Shown here: in pieces, positions 37,426-45,944 of the stretch
Layout: the number at the start of each line of letters is the position of its first letter
Position numbering within the stretch: the first letter of the stretch is position 1
Assembly: GCA_964479955.1 (NCBI GenBank)
Contig: CAYZNK010000001.1
Coordinates: 219,824 to 283,823, forward strand
DNA length: 64,000 bases
From: an uncultured Candidatus Saccharibacteria bacterium
GTDB taxonomy: Bacteria; Patescibacteriota; Minisyncoccia; Minisyncoccales; Staskawiczbacteraceae
Direction: 5' to 3'
Notes under the pieces: model-generated
What the model saw: only the letters and a program-made list of their open reading frames with translations
The model's database searches: none
What the model was told of the DNA's origin: nothing
Translations under genes and position numbers: made by a program

Positions 37426-38610
37426 ATGATACATAAAAAGTTAGAAGATATTCTAATCGGAGATATAAATTATCTTGTTGAGAATAATATTCAAGAAAGA
37501 AAAACCCTTGAGTATAAGTCAGTGCTACCCAGTAATTCTGATGGGGATAAAAAAGAGTTCTTAGCTGATATATCATCTCTTGCCAACACAGAGGGTGGAG
37601 ATTTAATTTACGGGATTAAGGAAGTTGCCGGAATTCTGCAAAAGGATATTGGATTTATAACTCAAAACATAGATGCAGATATAGCCCGGCTGCATAATTT
37701 AATTAGGGACGGAATATCTCCTAGGATAATAGTAGAAATAAAAACTCTTGATTGCGTCGATGGGAGAAAAATTCTTATTTTGAGAACCAAGGCCAGTGTT
37801 GAATTTCCTCACAGAGTTATTCTTGGTGCCCACGACAAATTTTATAGGCGAAATACAAATGGCAAATATGCAATGGATGTCGGAGAATTAAGGGGGGCGT
37901 TTAATAGATCAGGAGAATTAGCCGAAAGGATCAAAAGTTTTAGGAGTCAAAGAGTTTTTGATATAAAATCTGGAGAAACACCAAAACAGTTAAATGATGC
38001 TTCGTCTTTTTTTGCGATACATATTATTCCGATGTCTGCATTTAGTACTTCATTTAGTATTGGTTCGGAGAAACTACTTTCATTGAGGAACGCACAGCAC
38101 GCTAATTCTTTTTGCCCTTTATATGCAAGCGGATGGAGCTATAGGATAAATCTTGATGGAGTCGTAGCTTACTCTCATAGCGGAGAAACTATTAGAAATT
38201 ATACTCAACTTTACCGAGACGGGAGAATTGAGGCAATAGAAACAACGATTTTAAATAAAGGGGACGATCAAGAAAAAATGTTTTTGCCGATGGCTGCGCT
38301 TGAAAATATGATTATGCAATATACTGGAAAAATGCTAGGTCTTTTATCCGGATTTGAATTTCAACCCCCATTTTATATTTATTTATCTTTTATTGGCGTA
38401 AAGGGATTCACCGTCCTCGAACCGCCATCTCGGATTTTAGATCAAGAACCAATTACGCAAGATGATCTGTTTCTCCCAGAAATTATTATTGAGAGTTTCT
38501 CAGATAATTTACACCACAAATTTAGACCAATATTTGATATGATTTGGAACGCAGCGGGTATAAGCAGGTCGTTAGATTTTGATGAAGAAGGAAATTTTGT
38601 TCCAGTTTAG
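37426..38610 (+). CDS. Schlafen/AlbA_2-domain protein with an unknown C-terminal domain
   Basis: ERKTLEYKS...KKEFLADISSLANTEGGDLIYGIKE is the AlbA_2 (Schlafen-type divergent AAA/DNA-binding) signature. Confidence 0.6.
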   Translation: MIHKKLEDILIGDINYLVENNIQERKTLEYKSVLPSNSDGDKKEFLADISSLANTEGGDLIYGIKEVAGILQKDIGFITQNIDADIARLHNLIRDGISPRIIVEIKTLDCVDGRKILILRTKASVEFPHRVILGAHDKFYRRNTNGKYAMDVGELRGAFNRSGELAERIKSFRSQRVFDIKSGETPKQLNDASSFFAIHIIPMSAFSTSFSIGSEKLLSLRNAQHANSFCPLYASGWSYRINLDGVVAYSHSGETIRNYTQLYRDGRIEAIETTILNKGDDQEKMFLPMAALENMIMQYTGKMLGLLSGFEFQPPFYIYLSFIGVKGFTVLEPPSRILDQEPITQDDLFLPEIIIESFSDNLHHKFRPIFDMIWNAAGISRSLDFDEEGNFVPV

Positions 38611-38665
38611 GTTTTTCAAATAAGATTTCTTGTAATGTATGCATTACAAGAGCCTAAAAGGCGCC

Positions 38666-38850
38666 TCTCTCCCTTCACAAAACACCCACATTCTCTTGTA
38701 TTATACTTGCGCTAAAAGTTAGTCGTTATTGGTCGTTTGCCGAACAAAAGCTTTTGCAGCTCTTCAGCAGCTTTTACTGCAAACGTCAGCCGTTAAATCA
38801 CCGTTTTAAAACGGTGATTTCGCTGTTTTTCCGCTGTTTTAACAGCGGCG
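38666..38850. repeat. Non-coding module, copy B (homologous to 29238-29350), plus a perfect 26-nt palindrome
   Basis: ctctcccttcacaaaacaccc, gctaaaagttagtcgttattggtcgtttgccgaacaaaag, palindrome aaatcaccgttttaaaacggtgattt (38795-38820), and cgctgtttttccgctgttttaacagcgg. Confidence 0.7.
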
Positions 38851-39047
38851 GTCCATTCTCATTTAACTGTTAATCGACTGTTTTATCAGTCTAATTTTAA
38901 TTGTTGGGTTAATACTGCTTTTCCTGCATCGAATGGCTTTACTACCATATCCGCGTTTGTGCCTTCGGCGGTCAGGTTGGGGATTGAAATATACTCTTTT
39001 TGCCCTTGAATTATAGTCTTAACCTGCCACACTACGTTGCGCATTTT

Positions 39048-39088
39048 AAACGCCTCATGCTGTCCGCCGGCTGGCGGATGAGGCGTTT
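39048..39088 (+). repeat. Composite hairpin AAACGCCTCAT...ATGAGGCGTTT enclosing the TCCGCCGGCTGGCGGATG core (left flank of the PurH-like gene)
   Basis: Outer 11-bp stem and inner ccgcc/ggcgg stem, with T-rich sequence downstream. Same stem family as 40894-40924 and 47557-47596. Confidence 0.7.
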
Positions 39089-39209
39089 GACTTTTTCTAT
39101 TTTTTACGTTAATTTTGACTATCGTGTTTGTTTGCTTAAAAGAGTGCAAACTCTTTGGCAACCAAGCGGTTCGTTGACATTTTGTTCAATTAGAGAAAGA
39201 GAGATAGTC

Positions 39210-40817
39210 ATGAGCCAGCCAGATAAGTGGGCATTGATTTCTGTTTGCAACAAAACGGGTATTTGCGAATTTGCGCAAGAGCTTGTTGGTTTGGGGTGGA
39301 AAATTATGGCTTCGGGAGGCACGGCAAAAGCGTTGACCGAAGCTGAAATCCACGTGAAAGATGTTGCCGAACTCGTTGGCGGCGATGCGATTCTTAAGCA
39401 CCGTGTTGTCACGCTTTCACGCGAACTTCACGCTGGACTTCTCGCTGACAAGAAAGATCCCGAACAGGTCGCTGAAATGGAAAAACTCGGCTTGCCAATC
39501 ATCGACATGGTTGTTTGTGACTTCTATCCGTTGCGCGATGCAATCGCCAAACCCGGAGCCACCGTTGATTCGGTGGTGGAATTGACTGACATCGGTGGAC
39601 CCACCATGGTTCGTTCGGCGGCCAAAGGTGGCAGGATTGTGGTTTGCCGTTTTGAGGATCGCCAGCGCCTTTTAACCGCACTACAATTGGGCCACATTTC
39701 TCCATCGGTGTTGGAAGAGTTGCGCGCTCGTGCCGAGTTTGAAGTTGCCCGCTATTGCATGGATTCTGCGAGATTTCATAGTGCTGGCGGATTTGAGGGA
39801 TTTTTTGGCGAGTTGACAGTTAATCTGCCAAAAGGCGAGAACGGATATCAAACTCCGGCTGCGCTATACAAGGACCCGGATGTTGCCAATCCCTTTGGAT
39901 TAGACAAGTACCTTGTTCTTGATGGCGTGCCATTGAGTTACAACAACTACACAGATATCGACCGGTTGTATCAGACCATGTTGCACATCCTTGCTGCATG
40001 GTCGCTGAATTTTCGTTGTGCTCCATATATTGCCGTAGGCGTTAAGCACGGAAACGCTTGCGCTGCCGCTGTTGGCACAGATGTTTGTGAGGTTGTTAGG
40101 AAAGCCGCAATCGGAGACAACCGGGCAATGTTTGGCGGCCTTATGATGTGTAATTTTCCGCTTGATGGAGAATTGGCAAAGACCATAGTTACATCTGGCA
40201 TGAATGGCAGGACACAAAAGTTTGATAGCGTCATCGCTACTGGTTTTAACCAGGATGCCATGAGATTTTTCCAGCGTAAGGGTGGCCGATGCAGAATTGT
40301 TCGCGCGCCGTTTGGACTGGGAAAAGGTCTGGGAATCGCCAACAAGCTGTTCCGCCAAGTGGAAGGCGGATTCCTGGTGCAACCCGGCTATGGTTTTGTG
40401 CCAGATTTCAGCAAGATGCAAGTTTGCGGAGTCCCTGGCAGGGATTTCACAAAGGATTTGGCTTTGGCTATTGCTGTTGGAAGTACATCCAACAGCAATA
40501 CAATTACCATTGCCAACAACGGCATGCTTTTGGGCAACGGCGTTGGCCAGCATGACCGCGTTGGAGCAGCCGAACTGGCAATCAAACGCGCCCGCGACGC
40601 CGGACACGACAACGAACTTGAGGGGGCTTCCGCTTACTCGGATTCCTTTTTCCCGTATCCTGATGCGCCAAAAGTTCTGATTGACGCAGGCATCCAGGCT
40701 ATATTCAGCACTTCGGGCAGCATCAATGACAAACTGACGCATGATCTTTGCAGGGAACGAGGCGTCATTTTGTACCAAATGCCGGACAGCGAAGCGCGCG
40801 GATTTTTCCGCCACTAA
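39210..40817 (+). CDS. Divergent PurH-like protein (MGS-like/IMP cyclohydrolase plus AICAR transformylase domains), visibly GC-rich
   Basis: ALISVCNKTGICEFAQ, ASGGTAKAL, DFYPL, TDIGGPTMVRSAAKG, GENGYQ, SYNNYTDIDR, GVKHGNACAAAV, MFGGLMMCNF, GGFLVQ, GVGQHDRV, YSDSFFPYPD, and C-terminal RGFFRH. These align in order with PurH motifs, but many near-invariant residues differ. The ATG at 39210 is preferred (AG-rich RBS); the track ORF start at 39000 runs through the hairpin. Confidence 0.75.
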   Translation: MSQPDKWALISVCNKTGICEFAQELVGLGWKIMASGGTAKALTEAEIHVKDVAELVGGDAILKHRVVTLSRELHAGLLADKKDPEQVAEMEKLGLPIIDMVVCDFYPLRDAIAKPGATVDSVVELTDIGGPTMVRSAAKGGRIVVCRFEDRQRLLTALQLGHISPSVLEELRARAEFEVARYCMDSARFHSAGGFEGFFGELTVNLPKGENGYQTPAALYKDPDVANPFGLDKYLVLDGVPLSYNNYTDIDRLYQTMLHILAAWSLNFRCAPYIAVGVKHGNACAAAVGTDVCEVVRKAAIGDNRAMFGGLMMCNFPLDGELAKTIVTSGMNGRTQKFDSVIATGFNQDAMRFFQRKGGRCRIVRAPFGLGKGLGIANKLFRQVEGGFLVQPGYGFVPDFSKMQVCGVPGRDFTKDLALAIAVGSTSNSNTITIANNGMLLGNGVGQHDRVGAAELAIKRARDAGHDNELEGASAYSDSFFPYPDAPKVLIDAGIQAIFSTSGSINDKLTHDLCRERGVILYQMPDSEARGFFRH

Positions 40818-40893
40818 TTCTCATCGCAGAATTTGATTTCTATGGCGTTGACCTTTGGTTAGCGCCTTTTTTATTTCTAGACTTGTATATTTT

Positions 40894-40924
40894 AAACGCC
40901 TCACACTACCAGCATGAGGCGTTT
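40894..40924 (+). repeat. Hairpin AAACGCCTCA...TGAGGCGTTT (right flank of the PurH-like gene)
   Basis: Shares ttttaaacgcctca and atgaggcgtttga with the left-flank hairpin. Confidence 0.7.
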
Positions 40925-40994
40925 GATTTGCTTTTAATTTGGGAAGGATTTTGGTAGGATATAAAATATATCTATTGTTAAATTACATAAACTT

Positions 40995-41738
40995 ATGGAA
41001 AAGGAAAATGTTAAAAAAATTGTAAAAGACGCTTATAAAAAAATTGCAGAGAGCAGTTCTTCTTGCTGTTGCAGTTGCAATGGCGCAAAAAATATTTCAA
41101 AGAGTATTGGATATACAGACGAAGAACTAAAAATTGTGGGTGAGGCTAATCTTGGTTTGGGGTGCGGAAACCCTTTAGCTTTTGGAAAGATAAAGGAGGG
41201 AGATATTGTTTTGGATTTAGGGTCTGGGGCTGGGATAGACGCAATTTTAGCTGCTAAAAAAGTTGGACCAAAGGGAAAAGTTATTGGTGTTGATATGACA
41301 GAAGAAATGATAGAAAAAGCAAAAGAAAATGCCAAAAAGCAGGGCATAGAAAATGCTGAATTTTTGCTGGGAGAAATAGAAAACTTGCCTTTGCCGGATA
41401 ATTTTGTTGACACAATAATAACAAATTGCGTTATTAATCTTACGCCCGACAAAGCAAAGACATTTAGTGAAGCATACAGGGTTTTAAAGCCGGGTGGCAA
41501 AATTTATTTGTCTGACATTGTTTTATTGGAGGAATTAACAAAAGAGCAGAGAAATAACAAAGAGCTGATTTCCGGCTGTGTTGCGGGGGCTTTGTTGAGA
41601 GACGACTATTTAAACAAAATAAAAACTGCGGGATTTGATGTTAAGGTTTTATATGAAAACACCGGCATAAGCAAACAACAGTATAATGGAATGCCCCTTG
41701 AGAGCATAATGGTTGAATTAACTAAAAATGGAAAATAA
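40995..41738 (+). CDS. arsM: ArsM-like SAM-dependent (arsenite) methyltransferase
   Basis: N-terminal Cys cluster SSSCCCSC, GCGNP, VLDLGSGAGIDA, VIGVDMTEEM, TNCVINL and LKPGG. Confidence 0.75.
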   Translation: MEKENVKKIVKDAYKKIAESSSSCCCSCNGAKNISKSIGYTDEELKIVGEANLGLGCGNPLAFGKIKEGDIVLDLGSGAGIDAILAAKKVGPKGKVIGVDMTEEMIEKAKENAKKQGIENAEFLLGEIENLPLPDNFVDTIITNCVINLTPDKAKTFSEAYRVLKPGGKIYLSDIVLLEELTKEQRNNKELISGCVAGALLRDDYLNKIKTAGFDVKVLYENTGISKQQYNGMPLESIMVELTKNGK

Positions 41739-42747
41739 AAATAAAAAAATTGCTCGGGTTATATGCGAGTACAAAGGGGCATACAAAGTTAAAGCTGATG
41801 CCGAGGAATTTTTGGCTAAAATAACAGGTAAGCAGATGTTTGAGGCTTTATCAAGAGAAGATTACCCTGCTGTTGGGGATTGGGTTGTCATTGAAGAATT
41901 GCCCCAGCACCAAGCTGTGATTAAAGAAATTCTTCCCAGAAAAACAATAATTAAGAGAAAGTCTGTCAGGCAAAATGATGTTCAGGTTATAGCCGCAAAT
42001 GTTGATGTTGCTTTTGTCGTTGAATCTTTTGGGAGGGATTTTAATTTAAACCGCTTTGAAAGGTATTTTTCAATAGTGCATAATGGAGAAATAAAGCCGG
42101 CAATTATTTTAAATAAAATTGATTTGATTTCAGAACAGGAGCTTAAAGATAAGTTACAGCAAATTAAAAACAGGTTTCCTGATATTGATGTTATTGCCAC
42201 CAGTATTGTAAATGACAGCGAATTGGACGAATTGAAAAAATATATGGAGCAAGGCAAAACATATTGTTTCTTGGGTTCCTCTGGGGTTGGAAAGTCATCT
42301 TTGATAAACAAATTGCTTGGAAAAAATATTATAAAGACAGAAGATATAAGTTTGTATTCGGAAAGAGGAAAACATATTACAACGGCCAGACAGATGTATT
42401 TTTTAGAGAACGGAGCTGTTGTGATTGATAACCCCGGGATGAGAGAGGTTGGCATGGCAGATGCAGGTTATGGCATTGATGACTTATTTGAAGAAATATC
42501 GTCCTTGTCTATGCAATGTAAGTATAAAGATTGCACGCATACTCATGAGTCTGGATGCAAAGTTTTGGATGCAATAAAATCAGGCAAAATTGACAAGAAA
42601 AAATATCTAAATTATTTAAACCTTAAAAAAGAGGCAAAGTATTACGAAATGTCTGAATATGAGAGAAGGGAAAAGAATCGTAAATTTGGAAAGTTTTTAA
42701 ATAAAACAAAAAAATCTTTTAAAAAATCAAACTATAAAGATTTTTAA
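41728..42747 (+). CDS. rsgA: Ribosome small-subunit-dependent GTPase RsgA (YjeQ)
   Basis: Circularly permuted GTPase: NKIDL, then GSSGVGKSSLINKL. Zinc knuckle CKYKDCTHTHESGC. Confidence 0.9.
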   Translation: MENKNKKIARVICEYKGAYKVKADAEEFLAKITGKQMFEALSREDYPAVGDWVVIEELPQHQAVIKEILPRKTIIKRKSVRQNDVQVIAANVDVAFVVESFGRDFNLNRFERYFSIVHNGEIKPAIILNKIDLISEQELKDKLQQIKNRFPDIDVIATSIVNDSELDELKKYMEQGKTYCFLGSSGVGKSSLINKLLGKNIIKTEDISLYSERGKHITTARQMYFLENGAVVIDNPGMREVGMADAGYGIDDLFEEISSLSMQCKYKDCTHTHESGCKVLDAIKSGKIDKKKYLNYLNLKKEAKYYEMSEYERREKNRKFGKFLNKTKKSFKKSNYKDF

Positions 42748-42836
42748 ATATTATATAGCAATTAGAATATTTTTATTTGTATTTTTTATAAAATCTCTTG
42801 AAATAGTAGGGATTTTTTGATAAAATATAAAGTAAG

Positions 42837-42856
42837 TTCGCCCTATGGCGAATTTT
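42837..42856 (+). terminator. Probable rsgA terminator
   Basis: ttcgcc ctat ggcgaa followed by tttt. Confidence 0.5.
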
Positions 42857-42886
42857 AGAAAGAAGGTTATTTTTATAGGTAAACTC

Positions 42887-42983
42887 TTGACATTATATTT
42901 TAATTAGTGTATTATTAGGGATATAAAGCTCAAACAATAAGTAGCTTTTTTAATTTGAAAATTATTGTTGTTTGAGTTTTTTT
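42887..42983 (+). promoter_or_regulatory. Promoter (TTGACA-17-TATTAT) followed by a leader hairpin and T7 run upstream of the glycosyltransferase gene; candidate attenuator or small RNA
   Basis: -35 at 42887-42892 and -10 at 42910-42915. ctcaaacaataa / ttattgttgtttgag stem (42929-42976) followed by ttttttt, ending 40 nt before the ATG at 43024. Confidence 0.4.
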
Positions 42984-43023
42984 ATTTTGCAGATACTTTC
43001 GTAAAAATTAAAAGTAAACCAAA

Positions 43024-44310
43024 ATGATTATACTTTCAAACGGATTTACCACTAATATGCCCAACTCTGAAGAAGTCTCTCAGGGCGGACCGGCTAATTT
43101 TGCGCGCCTTTTTTCAGCAAGTGTTGTTTCTGATGCCCGCAATAAATGGATAGGCGTAGTGTTTCAAACAAGCAATTCTGACAATGTACGCCTTAAAAAG
43201 ATTTTTTCTTTTTCTCAAAAGGAATATTTAAAAATGTATATTCCCAGAAAAGCGCTTAAGCAAATTTTACAGGCGAAAAAGAGCGTTAATCCGGAAAAAA
43301 TTTTTGATGTCTCAATAACTCGTCTTACTAACTTTATAAAGAAAAATAAGCCGGATGTGATATTCTTAAATGGTTTCGGAATTTTTAACTGGGTGATTCT
43401 AAAGGCAGGTCAACGCGCAGGAGTGCCGGTGGTTATTCAGCACGCCGGAATTTTAACTAAAGAAGTTAGATTGCATAAACACCTTTATTCCAAGGCTGGA
43501 TTAAAGGTTATGGAAAGAATGGAAAAAGACTCAACAAATTTAACTGATGCAGAGATATTCCTTAATACATGGAGCCGTGATTATTATAAAAAGCACGTTG
43601 CAAAAAGATATGATGATAATGCAGTTGTAATACCACTTCCTTTTGATTTTTCAGCATTTAACAATACGCCAAAAGATCAAAAAAAATCAATCATTAAAAA
43701 TCCCAAAGGATATCTTAGCATAGGAACTATAGCTCGTTGGGATAAAATAAAAAATCATAAGGCAATTTTAGCTTTAGCTCGCGCGGCAAAATCCCAAGGA
43801 TTAGCCTGGAAATTTTATGCTGTTGCTAAGATTCCAGAATTGCATCCCTTGAAGAAAGATTATAAAAAAAATGTGACAGTTTTTCCATCACTGGATAGAA
43901 TTGGAATATCAGATTTTTGCCGTTCTATGGATTTATTAATCCTTCCTTCTATTTTTGATGTTTCTCCAACAGTTGTGTTAGAGGCAATTGCCACAGATAC
44001 GCCCGTTGCAATATCCGACCATGTGGGGTATGTAAACAAATTTATAGAATGTGGCGCAAAAAAATGGATTGTTGATTTTAACAATCCCGATAAAGCGTTA
44101 AGACGTATTAAATCCCTTGCCCGCAAACCAATGCCTCAAATGCTAAGAAGAGAAATAGCAGAAGACCATAATTACGTTAAAATTTTTTCTGCCTATATTA
44201 ATTTATTTGAAAAAGTTATTTCTGAAAAAAATATTAGCGTTAAAGGACTGGACATTAAAATGATAGTGGATGGATTTAATAGTAGAGAAGTGTTACAGAA
44301 GCCAGCATAG
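43024..44310 (+). CDS. GT-B fold glycosyltransferase (GT4-like)
   Basis: C-terminal LILPSIFDVSPTVVLEAIATDTPVAISD (E-x7-E-type motif region). Confidence 0.7.
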   Translation: MIILSNGFTTNMPNSEEVSQGGPANFARLFSASVVSDARNKWIGVVFQTSNSDNVRLKKIFSFSQKEYLKMYIPRKALKQILQAKKSVNPEKIFDVSITRLTNFIKKNKPDVIFLNGFGIFNWVILKAGQRAGVPVVIQHAGILTKEVRLHKHLYSKAGLKVMERMEKDSTNLTDAEIFLNTWSRDYYKKHVAKRYDDNAVVIPLPFDFSAFNNTPKDQKKSIIKNPKGYLSIGTIARWDKIKNHKAILALARAAKSQGLAWKFYAVAKIPELHPLKKDYKKNVTVFPSLDRIGISDFCRSMDLLILPSIFDVSPTVVLEAIATDTPVAISDHVGYVNKFIECGAKKWIVDFNNPDKALRRIKSLARKPMPQMLRREIAEDHNYVKIFSAYINLFEKVISEKNISVKGLDIKMIVDGFNSREVLQKPA

Positions 44311-44324
44311 TTTAAATAAGACTC

Positions 44325-44347
44325 AGCCCCGCTTAGCGGGGCTTTTG
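44325..44347 (+). terminator. Rho-independent terminator
   Basis: agccccgc tta gcggggct followed by tttt. Confidence 0.75.
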
Positions 44348-44470
44348 AGTTGTTGCAAATAGCTTGATTGTTTGATAAAATATTTAAATTGGCTAAGGAT
44401 TATTAGATATCTTTGGCAATAATGCTGCGGACGCGAGTCCGTAGTTTGTATTATTAAATTATTTCTTAAT

Positions 44471-45841
44471 ATGAATTTTAAAAGAATTATTGCGTTATCG
44501 TTTTTGTTTTCAATAATGGCAATGCCGGTTTTTGCTTCAGAGCACTCAAGTCAAAGCCACGCCGAGGAAATTTCTTTGGCTTTAATATATATTGTTGTTG
44601 TATTATTATTTGCAAAAATTTCAGGGCTTATTGAAAAAGCAGGACAGCCCGCTGTTTTGGGGGAATTGATAACGGGAGTTGTTTTGGGAAATTTGGCTTT
44701 GTTGGGGATTAATTTTTTTGAGCCCATAAAAACAAATCAATTTTTGTTGTTTATGTCAGAGTTGGGAGTTATTATTTTGCTCTTTCAGGTTGGGTTGGAG
44801 TCTAATATTTCGCAGATGAAAAAAGTGGGGCTAAAAGCCTTTTTGGTGGCAACTGTTGGGGTTGTCTGTCCGTTTGTTTTGGGAACATATATGATAGGGC
44901 CGTGGCTTTTTCCAGGAGTGTCCGCAAATGCTTATTTGTTTTTGGGAGCGGCATTGACTGCAACATCTGTTGGAATTACTGCCAGGGTTTTTAAGGATTT
45001 GAATAAATTAGCAACGCCCGAAGCTCAGATAGTTTTAGGAGCCGCTGTCATTGATGACGTAATGGGACTTATAATTTTGGCTGTTGTTTCTGCGATAGCA
45101 ACAGTTGGGTCGGTAAGCCTTGGTGGAATTGCAGCAATATTTTTAAAAGCAGTTGCATTCTTGGCAGGAGCAATATTTATTGGCCAGGTATCAGCTCCAT
45201 TTTTAGGAAAAGTGTTTTCAAAAATACATACGGGCATAGGAATGAAATTTACCTTGGCATTGAGCTTTGCATTTTTGTTTTCTTACGCCGCCCAGAAAGC
45301 AGGCTTGGCTCCCATAGTTGGAGCTTTTGCAGCAGGGCTTGTTTTGGATCCAGTTCACTTTAAATATTTTAAAAGACCCAAAACAGCAGAAGATTTAATG
45401 AAAAACCTGGAAAAAATTAATAGTTCGGAAAAAGAAAAAATAAAAAAAATTGCCGAATGTTGTTCAGAAAAACATGTTGAAGATTTAATAGAACCATTGG
45501 CCCATTTTTTTGTACCTTTGTTTTTTGTGATGACTGGAATGAGCGTACAGATACAAACTTTATTTAATCCAAAAATACTGTTGGTTTCTTTGGGGATAGT
45601 CGTTGTGGCAATTGCAGGTAAATATGTTTCCGGATTTTTTGCAGGAAACGTTAATAAAAATATTGTTGGCTTTGGAATGGTTCCAAGGGGAGAAGTGGGG
45701 CTTATTTTTGCGTCAATGGGAATAGGTCTTGGGGTTATAAATGAAGAGATATTTTCAGTAATTGTTATAATGGTTATATTTACCACTCTTTTAACCCCAC
45801 CAGTACTTACATATTTTGTAAAAAAGAATAATCAGGGTTAA
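44471..45841 (+). CDS. Cation:proton antiporter (CPA2/Kef-NapA type)
   Basis: 456 aa polytopic protein. GQPAVLGELITGVVLG and PRGEVGLIFA motifs. Confidence 0.8.
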   Translation: MNFKRIIALSFLFSIMAMPVFASEHSSQSHAEEISLALIYIVVVLLFAKISGLIEKAGQPAVLGELITGVVLGNLALLGINFFEPIKTNQFLLFMSELGVIILLFQVGLESNISQMKKVGLKAFLVATVGVVCPFVLGTYMIGPWLFPGVSANAYLFLGAALTATSVGITARVFKDLNKLATPEAQIVLGAAVIDDVMGLIILAVVSAIATVGSVSLGGIAAIFLKAVAFLAGAIFIGQVSAPFLGKVFSKIHTGIGMKFTLALSFAFLFSYAAQKAGLAPIVGAFAAGLVLDPVHFKYFKRPKTAEDLMKNLEKINSSEKEKIKKIAECCSEKHVEDLIEPLAHFFVPLFFVMTGMSVQIQTLFNPKILLVSLGIVVVAIAGKYVSGFFAGNVNKNIVGFGMVPRGEVGLIFASMGIGLGVINEEIFSVIVIMVIFTTLLTPPVLTYFVKKNNQG

Positions 45842-45944
45842 TTTTTAGGCTTGAGCTTGTATAATTAATAAAGAGCGCGTATCATAAATTATAGGGAGTC
45901 TGTGTAGTTTGGGCAACCTGTTTACAAATAAAACACATAAAAAT

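Larger units (their letters stand above)
25178..38850. mobile_element. Integrated element at tRNA-Asp (serine-recombinase type) with replication-like module and defence cargo; right boundary uncertain and may extend to about 40.95 kb
   Basis: The recombinase abuts and overlaps the tRNA-Asp 3' half. Strand polarity switches. The content is phage/plasmid-type small genes plus RM/Shedu/LexA/HEPN-type cargo. No att duplication was found by eye. Confidence 0.55.

Noticed and set aside
38886-39161. 91-aa minus-strand ORF
   Set aside because: Its 5' part reads through the composite hairpin at 39048-39088. Only the distal 52 codons (ATG at 39044) could be real, and they have no SD sequence and no recognisable family. 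Left unannotated.
38900-39209. Possible ZTP (pfl) riboswitch upstream of the PurH-like gene
   Set aside because: PurH is a classic ZTP-riboswitch target, so I looked for the GACUGRCG...CCGNCYGGGC-type signature as I recall it. The ccgccggctggcgg core superficially resembles it. However, the expected two-subdomain arrangement is absent, and the core recurs at unrelated loci. A covariance-model scan would settle it.
39900-40814. 304-aa minus-strand ORF, plus several other ORFs in both orientations between 39.1 and 40.7 kb
   Set aside because: These are typical stop-poor shadow frames of a GC-rich gene. Only the plus-strand frame gives ordered PurH motifs.
25220-40990. Direct repeat of the tRNA-Asp 3' half marking the far att site
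   Set aside because: I could not find a second copy of ggttcaaatccccctgcccgc or a sizeable part of it by eye. The right boundary of the element is therefore left open. Serine recombinases need only a very short core.
42798-42856. Promoter-like TTGAAA-17-TAAAAT followed within about 10 nt by a hairpin and T-run (would-be tiny RNA)
   Set aside because: The hairpin is more simply the rsgA terminator. The promoter match is unremarkable in AT-rich DNA.
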